A DNA stretch of 63,979 nt, the filler included, from Octopus bimaculoides (lineage: Eukaryota), in assembly GCF_001194135.2 (NCBI RefSeq). It is 5 parts of 4 records of this genome, joined end to end, with 100 filler letters (N's around TTAATTAATTAA, not from the genome) between each part and the next. Parts side by side here need not be neighbours in the genome. Positions count along the whole stretch, not along the records: positions 1 to 21,755 come from NC_068982.1; positions 21,856 to 52,066 come from NC_069007.1; 3 more parts are not named here. The stretch is one strand, 5' to 3'. Shown here piece after piece: positions 11,396 through 24,001 of this stretch (position 1 is its first letter; each line of letters starts with the position of its first letter). The notes below the pieces were generated by a model. That model worked only from the letters and a program-made list of their open reading frames with translations, ran no database searches and was not told where the DNA came from. A program made the translations under genes and the position numbers.

Positions 11396-13970
11396 ATACA
11401 AGATGCGAGTATAAAATAATTGTGAGACAATTACGTATAGTTTCCTTCCCTGCATTTGCTACAGTAGTTGTTAGCTCAGTTTGGCTACACAAACTACATT
11501 TCCATTAATATATTAAACAGAATGTAACTTACACATAAGCCTTAACTGATACTTTTGTTGCTTGTGAGATGTATTAGTTCGGTTGTATTTAACATTGAAC
11601 CACATTTCTGTTTTCTACGGAACCGATTTAGATTTCAGTGACATTGCATGATTGCAACCCACTCCTTTTCGCGACCATTGTGGTTCCAGATCTACATTAT
11701 ATTGTGTTCACATTTTTTGATGGCATGATGGAAACCTACCATTTTAAAATTTCTATTTTTCTTTCTCTTTTGCGGTAAAGCAAAGACATAGAATCTTTGT
11801 GGTAAATGCTGGGGAATTAGTTGCTGGCAGAGATAAATCCTTATCATACACACTTAGTGTCATAAGTATCTTTAATATTCAGTCACAATGTTGTTAGTGC
11901 GAAAATACCACACTTTTATATAAAAATAAGGGATGGTTTGAAGAAAACCTGATTGCTACAACTTACAAGCCAAATTCTACATCAGTTTAACTCAACACAA
12001 AATAATGGTTTTCAGTGGTAAACGGCAGTGATCGGCATCCTGAAAACATCACTCCTGCTCAGCCCCAGCAAATACACAACGATTTAAATGCGGATATAAT
12101 TTCATTAAGACCTGCATAATAGCAGTATATGAACCGCAAATCTGGTGTACAGAACAATTACATGCATTTAGCGGTTGCCTCTAAAGAGACTGTAATAAAA
12201 CATGCCATACAAAATATCCAGTTCTCAATATTTTACCTTTTACACTAAAAAGTGCATCTTATAATGCATCTAGATGCATTTAGTAATTTGACCAAATACG
12301 CTCCTACTATAGGGTTGTTTAATCAGATATATCCTACCGCTGTATAACAGCAACAACACACAGCACTGCGGCTCATGGCTGCTCGACCTACTAGAAATAG
12401 CAGATACAAATCTCCCAAACCCCAAGTAACTATCTTAGTAGAAAAAAATACCTGACAATCAAACCTACTTATAACTTAAAACGAAAATTATTTTTTGAAT
12501 TATAGTTGTGAAATTCAGAATGCGTACAATGGAGTATAAAAGAAAATATATTAATATATATATANNNNNNNNNNATGTATATATATATATATATGATGAC
12601 TTTTTAAATAGAATTATAAGATGTACTCCTGAATCCTTTTCACCTTAATTTGATTTTCTTGGTCGAAAATTTTATAGCATTCGATTTTCGCTCCTGTAAA
12701 CATATATGAATATAGTTCCGGTAAATTTACATGTAATGCACACTATATGCTAAAAATTATTATACTGTATGAAAATGAGTTTTTATGGCTTCTTATGGAC
12801 ACAATTAAAGAGAGGGCATGTTCAGTTCATGTTAAAAACTAGGGTTTAGTATGATTATTCTTAGTAGCATAACCTTACGGTTTAAATGAAACCGACAAAA
12901 GATCTAGAAACCTGTTCCATCAATTAACACATATCTAATTAGATTTCACAGCCTGCGGAAATATCTAACTGCTTTATTGATTAGTTTAGGAAGATATATT
13001 ATATTCTCAGGTGCATAACAATTTTCAGTGGTCTTGTATTAATGTCACTAGGAAACTATTTAATTTCCTGCAAGGCTATTTTGACTGTCTCGAAATAAAA
13101 GAAAATTCTCATAAAGATTTCTGCGTCAGTATAAAATAAAAATTACTAAATGTCTTCACGATTGTATAGCAATAGCTTCCTTCCTTTTTCGTTTATACTA
13201 ATATCTGATTACCAGTCCAGTTTGATAAAAATGTCATTATCTTATCGTTGGCCACGAGTTATAGGAGTAAATGATAATATGCTTTGGTGCCATTTTGCCC
13301 TGATTGCATATTATTTAATTGTTTGTATGATCGTCTCTGTGTCATGCATGGTTTCTTTCTTAGGAACGGTCACTATAACTCAGCATGTAGGGTGATCGTA
13401 ACCTTGTTATTGCATGTTTCTCACGAGCAAACCAGTTAGTCTCCGGCTTGGAAATTGTCCTCACCTAATTATCTTTGAAGGACACGCATTCATATAATGG
13501 TATATGGAAACAATATCTGACGATACTCAGCATGGCAACAATTTTGTGAAAGCGAGTTTTATATTTATATTCTACTGATAGAATTGAAGAAATGTGTGTT
13601 GCTTAGCACGGATTAGCTCTTATAGAGAAATTAAATAAGGTAAGGCGTTTCGCCCATGGCAGTCAGCCTATTTCAAATAAATACATTATCATATGTACAA
13701 TTCTTTTATTAATAAATGAAATAATAGTATGTAATTTAATATGTATTTTGCTCACCTCATGTTTGGAGTGAGTGACTACATGGAAATATAGTCGTTGGTC
13801 CACTTGTGGCTGTTGAAAATAATGCAAAATACATTTGAGATTTGAAAGATGATACCTTTTGTTTTTTCACTTTGTTATCTTATTTTCAAGGTATCATATT
13901 GGAAATACAATATCTTGTTATATTTTAAATGGAAATATTAATTGATTACTTTCTCTCAGATAATTTCAAG

Positions 13971-14250
13971 CATGAATCGACTATATCAGTCTCAAAATAT
14001 TTGTATCTCTATGGTCTTGAGCTGCCTTCAAGTGATAATTCCTATCTGCAGCGTTCTTTCCAAATGTTGGCATAGTATACGGGATTCTTACAAGAGTGAA
14101 CCATCCAAGAAACATGAATCAACAACATCAATCTCATAAAATATTTTTTAACTCTATGGTATTGTGCTGCCCTCAAGTGATGACTCCTTCCTACAACATT
14201 TTTTTCAAATAGTGGCATGAAATACTGGATTCGGACAAGAGTGAACCAGT
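13971..14250. repeat. Diverged tandem duplication, period about 143 bp
   Basis: CATGAATC..CTCTATGGT..GCTGCC.TCAAGTGAT..CAAGAGTGAACCA occurs twice in register. Confidence 0.85.
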
Positions 14251-14339
14251 TAAAGAACAAACAGTGTCCTGCATCTCATAATGACAACATTAAAAACAGA
14301 GAGAAAACATTTTTTTCTTTCAATGTAATATCAATAATA

Positions 14340-14387
14340 ACAATAAAAATGATAGTGATGACGGTGATGATGACGATAAGGACTGTA

Positions 14388-14425
<38 letters not shown>

Positions 14426-14450
14426 AATGACGGCAATGATGATGATTAAA
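14340..14450. repeat. (GAT)n/(AAT)n microsatellite
   Basis: Direct sequence. Confidence 0.9.
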
Positions 14451-14490
14451 AAATACCAAACCGGAAAATCACCGGACTGGATACATTCTT

Positions 14491-14627
14491 TACATTACTT
14501 ATATTTGACGGATACTTGTCCTCATCTTCTTTGTTGTTAACACAACGTTTCGGCTGATATATCCTCCAGCCTTCATCTGCGCTCGGTAGTGAAGTGAAAG
14601 CACGTTATAAAAATAAAACTACTGAAC

Positions 14628-14671
<44 letters not shown>

Positions 14672-14843
14672 CATCGAAAAATACCTTAGGAATGAGATCC
14701 CAGGTTCGAAAATTCCCCAAGACACCTGATGAAGGCATGAGGGTATATCAGCCGAAACGTTGTGTTAACAACAAACAAGATGAGGACACATATCCGTCAA
14801 ATCTAAATAACGTACATAATTTCTCATCTCTTAAATATAGAAC
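14491..14843. mobile_element. Inverted-repeat element around (AAT)n, probable Penelope-like pseudo-LTR remnant
   Basis: Arms 14491-14577 and 14728-14814 are reverse complements. The right arm carries a hammerhead core, and a second copy lies at 37122-37412. Confidence 0.65.
14721..14766 (+). ncRNA. Minimal type I hammerhead ribozyme motif
   Basis: GACAC-CTGATGA-A-GGC(atgagggtatatca)GCC-GAAA-CG-TT-GTGTT. Stem I is GACAC/GTGTT and helix III is reduced to the palindrome ACGT. Confidence 0.65.
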
Positions 14844-15019
14844 CGTATAGTGGATTGGAAGGTATCCATAGTTTCTGACACAAGAATCTTCCCAGTAACA
14901 CAGTTATATACGATCATTTTTATTGACTGTATAATGAATGGAACACCAACATAGATGCAAAAGGAACGACAGGGCTTATATAGAATGACAAAAAAAAAAA
15001 AAGAGATTAGGTCAGCAAT

Positions 15020-16925
15020 TATAGATCTATTATTTGCTTACTTCTATTCTGGAAAGTATTAACTAGGATCATAACTGATGAAGTTTATACTTTTCTGGAA
15101 AAGGAGAACCTATGGCCAAGGGAATAAAAAGTGGGTAGGAACAAATCTTGGGGAATTGATGATCTGCTGTATATGTAGATACTAGAATATTGAAGGAGAA
15201 TGCGTAAGCAAGGAAAATTTATCTGTTTAATGGATAAGATATGGAAAGTGTACGACAATATACCACACAGCTGGCTCTTGGAGTGTCTGAAGACGCTCAG
15301 AGTTAATGAGGGAATAACCATCCTTTGGGGAAAAGCAACAAGATTGTGGAGAAGTAGAATAGACAGGCGTGAATCAATCTCTGGGCAACGTGGAAACACG
15401 CAGGAATATTTTCCAGTGAGACTCGCTGTCTCCATTACTCTTCGTCATTGTACGAATCATTCTGACAAGTATACAAAAAATCCAGGCGTGCCTATGAGGT
15501 TAACAAATCCAAGATAAGAATAAATCCCTACTTTATATGGGAGACCTCAAGCTGTATACAATAAATGAGACAGACCTAGACTTTTTTTAAATCCAAGCTG
15601 CGAGAGTATTCAGTAAAGTTGTTGGAATGCAGTTTGGTATAAATAAGTGAGAAATAATAATTATGAAGAGAGGGTGGAGGGTAAACTCTGATGGTATAAA
15701 ATTCCCATAAGACAACATCATTAGATCGCTGTAGAGTAATGAGGGATATAGAAATCTACGAGTGGAAGAAGAAATGAGAGAGAAAACCACTAAAGAATAC
15801 AAGAGAAGAATTAGGAAGCTGCGCGAAACAAACTTAAATGGATGGGACATCCTTAAAGCCGTAAATAGATGGCTAACGTCGTATTCAGATATTCTGCACC
15901 CTTTCTGAGATGGACAAACCTGGAACTACAGAACTCGGATAAAAGAAACAAAAAGCTGCTAACAATGCACGATGCACTCCATTCTAAAAGCAATACCGAT
16001 CGACTCTACTTACTAAGAAAGGAAGTTTCCAGATGATTGCTAAACGCAGAAGACACTGTCAATACTGCAATACTGGGTCTGCAAAATTTTTATTGTGTAG
16101 AGTAAAGACAGAATATTATCGATAGCCAGAGATACTCAAAGAGTAACCGAAAGAGTTGGAGAATTAAAAAATAACAGGATGAACAACAGAGTAAACAAAT
16201 GGGAAAAAATGTAATTGCATGGCGAAAATGTTGGAAATAGAGATCACTGATTCTGGCTGACGGAGAGAAACTTGAAACGACGGACAGAAACGCTAATGAG
16301 AAACATTGGGAACGATCATTAGAACAAACCTGATAAATGCAAAGTTAGAGAATACTCAGTCAGTCATCAAATGTAGAATCTGCAGGAAAGGAGACAAAAA
16401 TACCAATCATTTTTTTAGCCAGTGCAGTACACCAGTACAATATGAGTATAAGCGCAGATATGACTACGTAGGCAAAAGAATGCATTGGGATAATACTCGA
16501 GTGTGTGGCTTCAAAACAAAAGAAAAGAGGTACGAACACGAAGCAGAGGGTATGATAGAAGTAGGGATTTATATGATCTGGCCATTTCACATAAAGACCG
16601 ACCCTACTATTGAAGTCAGTAGGCTAGATATGATTATAAAGAAAACAAACTATAAGATCATAGATTTTGCAATTCTGTACGTTAACACAGTCGATTCTCA
16701 AGAAACTGAAAATACTGATACACATCAGGATCTAGCCAGAGAGCTGAGGAGACTGCAGAAGACGACGAGAACAATTCGACCTGTGGTAATTGGTGCCTTT
16801 GGCACAACAAAATGTTATTTAAAAGACTGAAGGAGTTTGTAACAGAAACTCGCATTGACTATCTGCAAACAACTATCATCCTATATTCAGCATGAAACCT
16901 AAGGAAGATTCTCGATATTTGAGGA
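15020..16925 (+). mobile_element. 5'-truncated, degenerate R4/Dong-clade LINE (RT + CCHC + restriction-like endonuclease)
   Basis: YRSIICL..WKVLTRII, KVYDNIPHSWLLECLK, LYMGDLKLY, CRICRK..NH..SQC..EYKRRYDYVGKRMHW, IIDFAI, RPVVIGAFG. Many stops and frameshifts. Followed by TAA-rich tract. Confidence 0.88.
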
Positions 16926-17301
16926 AAATTGTTGCCAATAAACCTCATGATCAAATATTTTCTAACTAAATTAGCGTGCATTAGCCTAAAAATAGTAATG
17001 ATATTAATAATAATGATAATGATGATAATTATAATAATAAGCATGGGTAGTCCGTTGAACATCCTTAAACAACTCTCATTCAAGGACCATTTTAGTAGGA
17101 TGGGCTACTAGACCTGAAGAAAATTGTAACTGGTCCATACCTGCAAGGTCATGCGCTGTTCATGTTGGTATGAGTTCACCATGTCACGCACATATGGTTG
17201 TGATGCATTTGCCTGGTGTACACTTATCTGACGGGTAATCATGATGGGTATACTAGGCTTCATATATTTTACCCCAGTGTCACTCTAATGACATGCACTC
17301 A

Positions 17302-17302
<1 letters not shown>

Positions 17303-17336
<34 letters not shown>

Positions 17337-17513
17337 CTTGAAATAGAAATTAGCAAAATGTGGAATCTGAAGACGAAAACAATACCTATTGTCATAGGTG
17401 CCCTGGGAATGACAGCGAAACGGGCTGATTACTACCTAGCTCAGATACCAGGAAACCCCAAAATGGCTGAAGTCCAAAAGANNNNNNNNNNAATAATAAT
17501 AATAAAGATAATG

Positions 17514-17593
<80 letters not shown>

Positions 17594-17603
17594 GATAATG
17601 ATG

Positions 17604-17672
<69 letters not shown>

Positions 17673-17690
17673 GTAATAATAATAATCGGC
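17303..17690. repeat. (AAT)n arrays flanking a LINE fragment
   Basis: Direct sequence. Confidence 0.9.
17338..17480 (+). mobile_element. R4/Dong RLE C-terminal fragment embedded in (TAA)n
   Basis: LEIEISKMWNLKTKTIPIVIGALGM...MAEVQK. Confidence 0.8.
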
Positions 17691-19439
17691 AAAGTCGGGT
17701 TGAATAAAGGAGGCATGGAGACTTAACTCTGAAAAACTGGAATAAACTCGTTAATATACATTTAACCAAAATCAAAATTGTAAAATTGCATACAATTTCT
17801 CTATGAGGAATGCAATATGAAGTAAGTAAAACTGATGTTTATTTGAAGACACACATAATGGTATTTAGATAAGGATAAACAGGTACTTAGACGACAAATT
17901 GGAGTCATACAAAACAATGCGAAGCAAAATTCTGAATATAAAGGAAAGAAAACGAACATAATTTAAAATAAAACGAACATAATTTAAATACAAATGCTTA
18001 AATATTTTACACAGCAACAAAATATTATCAACTAGCATAGAGTGAATTAAAGTGATTTCGATTGAAAAGTAATGTAATATGCGGTTAAGAAACGTTTTGC
18101 CCTCAAAGGAACGACTTCAGTTAAGAAATCTGTCTTACGATTATAGATACCAAAAGAAAAAAAAAATTGAAGGAGAAAGCTGAACTAATAAATATTACAC
18201 ATAGAAGTACATAAATTCGAGCTACGAGTCAACATTATATGCATTGCACAAGAGCGCTAAAAATTACGTCTGAGTAGTGAATAGTTAATGAAAACGCAGT
18301 GCGGGGATAAGAATAATACAAGCAAGCTTGTGCAGTGGTGGGGGCTTATGATGAAAAACAAGATAGCTAGCACTGAAAGTGCAACAGTAAATTTATATAT
18401 AAAATAAACATTGACAGAATAAGAGTCAAAACAATTGACCACAGACAAGGAGTGATAACGTAACACAAACCAATGAAAGTATCACAATCGAATATACCGC
18501 ACAAGAAAAAGTATTGCAGCAAACAGAACGAAATTTCAAAGTGGATAATGAAAAATAAAGAAGTTCACATTGAAACGTCGAACACATCTGTAGTAAAACG
18601 ATAATCTTGGCCACCTGTATTTAACAAAAGCCGAATAAAAATGTACATCACAATATATTAACTAGACATAAAATCGTAGATATTCTAAAACAAACTATAC
18701 AGGTGGAGAAAAAAAAAACTAAGTTTTTGATCGTAGATCTACATAAACATCTACACTAGCTACATACAAACAAGCAGCTCCTAGAAAGTATAATTAAATG
18801 TAAGAAGGCTGTGGACGAAATTCTATACGAGGTAACTATTCAGAAAAGAAACGGAATAATTTAATGTACATTCAACAACAGTGGTACTATCCAGAGAGTC
18901 GAAGTGCAATCCAAAAAATGTGAAACTCTTTACATTCAAACTTAAAAGAAATAAAAAGAATTTAAAGGAAACAAAGTGCATAAAAGTAAGAAAAAAGAAA
19001 CAATAAGTGCAGGACTTATCTCTACTTTCCGGAATGTAATAGAATAGCTACAAAATAACAAGAGAGAAAATAAAAAAAAAACAAAAAAAAAACAAATGAA
19101 AGGTAATATTTAGAAAGGTGAAATGTAAATAGAAAGAAAGAGAGAAACTATAGGAAAGCATATGCAGCAAATTGGCGGGGGTGTCCGGATGCTTTGACCC
19201 AACTTTGCTTCCCTACCCCTGCTAAAATGGTGAAGTATGAAGATCGCAGCTACCGAAGGTGGTTATTAAGGCTCATGGCTAGAAAATTCTGGTTCCGCTG
19301 ATGGACAGCACATCTACTTCTATTGACTTCAGTTCGTTAAAACTGTTCATATTTCCAAAGTGATCTTAGACCACGTACTTTCACATATGGCCATGTTAGA
19401 CGAATAAGAAAGTCAGAAAAACCACTAATAATATTCTTA

Positions 19440-19615
19440 GCGGTACAAGCTAGTTAAGCCACAAATGCGACCTTGACAGGTGCTATTACTCCGGGTCATA
19501 GTAGACTTGGGAACAATAGTGGTTAAGAGATAGGTCCACACACCTCAAAAACCTGGAACTCCCGTAGCAAGCCCTACCCCCTAGCGGATGTAGTTTAAAT
19601 GCAATATCTGTGCTG
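19440..19615 (+). repeat. Dispersed-repeat fragment (SINE-like)
   Basis: ACTCCGGGTCATAGTAGACTTGGGAACAAT...GGATGTAGTTTAA resembles a cephalopod interspersed repeat as I recall it. It is single-copy in this window. Confidence 0.35.
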
Positions 19616-20149
19616 ATATATATATATAGATGTTTAGTAGTATGTTTAATGTGTGTTGTTCTTGATATTTGTCTGGGCGTAGATTAGGCTGTGTTTGTAT
19701 TTGTTGTGCTGGTTGCAGTGCTGGTATTGGGTGTGGTTTTGATGGTAGTTAAAATGGTGTTCATATGATAATGTGCCGGTTCTTCTATCTTCAATCCGAT
19801 TAGGTTTTGTGTGACCGGATGTCTTTTGTCTCTTTTCTTCTTTCTCTCCTTCCTTACAAGGATAGTGTTACATCTTCATGTTTGTCGTCTTTGTGTTACA
19901 AGACATTTCAGAGTTATTTAAAAGCAGAGAGAAATATGCCATGTGGTACTGTGTTGGTGTTGGCGGATGCTGTTATTGCTATTGGTGATGTTATTTCTGT
20001 TACTGTTGCTGTACCTCTTGTTTCTACACCGTCTCTAACCACTGTTTCTCTTATTGGCACTGGTGTCTGTCTATCTGCAGTCGTTGCTGCCGTGATGACT
20101 GCTCCTGTTTCTCTTGTGTCAATGTTGTTGACCACAATGCGGATTTTGT

Positions 20150-20830
20150 GGTTACCATAATTTGCTAGGAATAGAGTCCCTTTGGATGGTTTATAATAAT
20201 ACATAGGTGGCACGATGGCAGCATTCTTTCAACAATGAAATTTTGCAGACATGTCAGCTCTGAGATGGATTCCTTGTTTTCTTGATGATCTGTTTCGGCC
20301 AATATTTCAATCGCTATGGTTGACCGGTTTTCCTTTTTCTTTTATTTCGTAGCCTGTGGACTTGCAACATATGAGTTGTTCTCCTATATTCAGTAGAAAA
20401 CGATCGCTAGTTCCCCGCTGATATATCTTTCTCTTGGCACATCATCCCCCACCTTATTTCACCAGCTGAGCACCTGTTTATCACTTTATAGAAATGTTAA
20501 GAACGTTTCTTCAAATGAGGTGAATACTTACCCTCGAGCAATATAAGCTGTGCCCCCAATTTCGTAAAATACTTCTTAATGAGTGTCTTTTTAAATTAAA
20601 ATTTTTTTTTTGCTTACGCCCAATATTCTGGTTTTTCACCCCTGCGTTTACTTTACAACATGTGATTTTTAATCTGCCTCTCCATCTTTTTTAGGAACAC
20701 TTTTACCAATTTTCGTTAGGAAATTTTTATCATTTTCCAATCTTTTTGCAGTAGAACTCTTCTCTGTAAATGACAAGTGTAAAGGGAATCAATTAGGAGT
20801 TGGTTTACTAGCCGTGTTATTGACAGTATT
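20150..20830 (-). pseudogene. Possible highly degenerate Penelope-like GIY-YIG endonuclease remnant
   Basis: Broken frames give NFLTKIGKSVPKK, KRKIYQRGTSDRF, STGYEIKEKG..D*NI and CHLCIIINHP, in the order expected for the PLE linker and endonuclease. Confidence 0.35.
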
Positions 20831-21444
20831 AATGGCGTCAGTGTTAATGCAGTGACATTGCGGTGGTAGTGGTGGATGTAGTTGTACTGTTGCTGTTGCT
20901 AATTTTCAATTTTCACATTTTGCTCTTATTATCAACGCTGTTATTTTTCTTGATGCTGCTACTTCTCATTTGTTTCTTTACTTATATATCGTTATTATTA
21001 TTGTCGTTGCCGGTAGTGATGAGGAAATGTCTGGTGTGTTGCAGGCTTTTGATAATTTCATTGCATTATTTGCTGATGTTGCTCTCAGTGTTCTTGCCCT
21101 TGGTGTTGTTGCTGCTGAAGCTGCCACTTCAGCAGTTGCTTGTTGGTCCAGAACGGGATGAAGAAGACAAAACAGTAAGAAGTCCTTTTTTGTAGGCGCT
21201 GTTCCAACAGCAGTCCATACCCTCTATTTGTGATGTGATGCTAGGACTGTTTATTTTTAAAGAACGGTTTCAGTTCGAAACAAAGTCTAAAAATCATTTT
21301 GAGGACTAAATGAATTGAGTAGTTTCTCAAAGCTATGATCAATTTAGTCATAACATAAAGAAGAATTTTAGCCCTAGAAATGTTCTCATATATCAAACCA
21401 CATTTTTCGAGCAATATCAGAGAAGCTTATAGATTTTGGCACAG

Positions 21445-21635
21445 GGCCAATATTTTTGAGTGTAGGAGGAAATCAATTATATCTGCCTTACACTTGATAG
21501 TTTTTATCCTATTAACCCCGAAAGTATGAAAGCCAAAATCAACCTCAGCAGAATTTGAACTCAAAACCTAAACGTAGATGAAATGTTGCTTAGCAGTTTC
21601 TCTGGTGTGCTAACGGCTCAGCCATTTTCCTGTCT
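21445..21635 (-). mobile_element. SINE family A
   Basis: Reverse-complement match, abutting (AAC)n(AAT)n. Confidence 0.75.
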
Positions 21636-21636
21636 T

Positions 21637-21667
21637 AACAACAACAACAACAACAATAATAATAGTA

Positions 21668-21743
<76 letters not shown>

Positions 21744-21917
21744 CTGAGGCAAAAGNNNNNNNNNNNNNNNNNNNNNNNNNNNNNNNNNNNNNNNNNNNNT
21801 TAATTAATTAANNNNNNNNNNNNNNNNNNNNNNNNNNNNNNNNNNNNNNNNNNNNTTCTTCTTCTTCTTCTTCTTCTTCTTCTTCTTCTTCTTCTTCTTC
21901 TTCTTCTTCTTCTTCTT

Positions 21918-21989
<72 letters not shown>

Positions 21990-21990
21990 T
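21637..21990. repeat. (AAC)n-(AAT)n, gap, (TTC)n-(TTA)n compound microsatellite
   Basis: Direct sequence. Confidence 0.9.
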
Positions 21991-22087
21991 AAGATGTCAC
22001 ACAGTATCCAGTATCATGATGCTGTTGATTGAAGATATTGTGTCTACCAGGGTTGGGGTTGCAGTGTCTGTCAAGTCACAACAAGGA

Positions 22088-22154
<67 letters not shown>

Positions 22155-22168
22155 TATTATTATTATTA

Positions 22169-22383
22169 AGGTGGTGAGCAGGCAGAATTGTTAACATGTC
22201 AGACAAAATGCTTAGTGCAATTTCATCCATCTTTGTGTTCTGAGTTCAAATACTGCTGAGGCAACTTTGCCTTTCATCCTTTCCAGGTCAATAAAATAAA
22301 TACCAGTTATACACTGGGGTCAATGAAATCTACTAACCCACCCCCTCCCACAACATTTCAGGCCTTGTGTCTTTAGTAGAAAT
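22169..22383 (+). mobile_element. SINE family A
   Basis: GGCAGAATTG..GAGTTCAAAT..CTTTGCCTTTCATCC..TTTCAGGCCTTGTG. Confidence 0.85.
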
Positions 22384-22384
22384 G

Positions 22385-22855
22385 AGGCTGGTGGCTGATG
22401 GCTGTGGCGAAAGAGGTTGTTTGGTGGACAAGGCTCAAAGGCATGAGAACAGATACATTCCTCTTTGGTAGAGCTCTCATTGACTTCTTCAAGTTTCACT
22501 TGAAAAGGAAATTGACAGTGGAGAGGGAAGTGCTGTCCTCGAGTGAGTTAATTAAAGTGTAGACCTATGAGTTGGGGAGAAGGAATTGGAGAGAGCACTT
22601 GCTCTTGGTGTTCAGGGAAATCTCGGACAGTGAGGTTCTTCGATTATCCCTCGAGATCATCCTGTATCAGGAGGACTTCATCTCTATCACCCTGCCCCAC
22701 CTTTTTTTTTACTTTATATATTTCCCTTCCTTTTCATTGTATACTGTGTATGCATACATTTTTCTTTTTTTGTTATTTAATTATTTTATCATTTCATTAT
22801 ATGTAAACACCCACACTCTATGTCTGTCTTTGTATTGTTCTGCCTCGTCCTTTGG
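22385..22855 (+). mobile_element. Probable L1/Tx1-type LINE 3' fragment
   Basis: Open stretch WLMAVAKEVVWWTRLKG..LIDFFKFHLKRKLTVEREVL resembles Tx1 ORF2 C-termini, followed by a T-rich 3' region. Confidence 0.5.
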
Positions 22856-22859
22856 CCTG

Positions 22860-23019
22860 GTGGCATTTCATCTGTGTCTATGTTCTGATTTCAAATTCCA
22901 CCACTTTGCCTTTCATCCTTTCAGGGTCGATAAATTATGTACCAGTGAAACACTGGAGTGAATCTAATCGACTAGTCCCCTCCCCACAAATTTCAGGCCA
23001 TGTGCTTTCAGGAAAAAGG

Positions 23020-23020
<1 letters not shown>
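22860..23020 (+). mobile_element. SINE family A (5'-truncated) with (ATT)n tail
   Basis: Consensus match. Confidence 0.8.
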
Positions 23021-23057
<37 letters not shown>

Positions 23058-23289
23058 CTCTTCATCATAGGTTTTGTTAGAGCTCCTGGAGTCTTGCATG
23101 CGTTGTGGGCTTACTACCTGCAGCCTATGGTACCATGCTGTTTGTTCTTTTCAGCTATCTAATACTTTCCTGATTATTATTAATAATAATGATAATTATT
23201 AATATTATCATTATTATCATTATTGTTATTATTATTATTCTGGAAGACTCACGGATAGTTCTTAATTACCGGTTATTCTTTACTTGAAA

Positions 23290-23700
23290 ACAGTCAATAA
23301 CAAATCACCAACGGTTTCAAGTAGTGCCTTCTCCTGTGACTCAGAGACAATACTCTCCTTAGAATGCAAGCTATACCCAACAATGCTGTCTTCTGGATCA
23401 CCTTAAGCCTGACAGCAGCTCCAATATTCTTAATGTTTTTCAAATTATTATCATTATTATGTCTATTGTCGTTATTTTCTGTGACCTTTTCTGGTGTTTG
23501 CCTGTACAATCTTTTTCTGTTGTTATTCCATAGTGTTGGTATAGCTTCCAGCGTATCTAGGTCCCAACTCTGTCGTGTCTGTGAATATATTCCTTCTTAG
23601 CCAGGACTTAGCCAGAGACAATATGATTTATTGTTTCTTGTCCATCTCCACATGTTCTTCAGTTACTTGTATTTCTTTTCATTATGTGTTTTTGGTGATT
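23290..23700 (-). mobile_element. R4/Dong fragment (CCHC region joined to C-terminus)
   Basis: CGDGQETINHIVSG..LAKKEYIHRHDRVG and VIQKTALLGIACILRRVLS. Confidence 0.8.
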
Positions 23701-23744
23701 TCAGTTGTTTTACAGCTTTTGTTGTTTCTTCTTTTTCTTCATGA

Positions 23745-23960
23745 CCAAGGCAGCGAGCAGGCAGAATCATTAGCAAACTAGGCAAAGTGCTTAGTGGCAT
23801 TTCATCTTTGTCTACGTTCTGAGTTCAAATTCCACTGAGGTCGACTTTGCCTTTCAACCTTTTGGGTTCGATAAATTAAGTACCAGTGAAACACTGGGGA
23901 TCGATGAAATCAACTTATCTCCTCCACCAAAATTGCTGCCCTTGTGGCAAAATTTGAAAC
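23745..23960 (+). mobile_element. SINE family A
   Basis: Consensus match followed by (ATT)n. Confidence 0.85.

Positions 23961-24001
<41 letters not shown>

Noticed and set aside
15075-15115. CTGATGA...GAAA (also CTGATGA at about 724, 53445 and 56916)
   Set aside because: No stem I, stem II or helix III support. These are chance occurrences within LINE or transposon sequence.
17358-17775. Poly-Ile and poly-Leu ORFs
   Set aside because: Translations of (AAT)n arrays.
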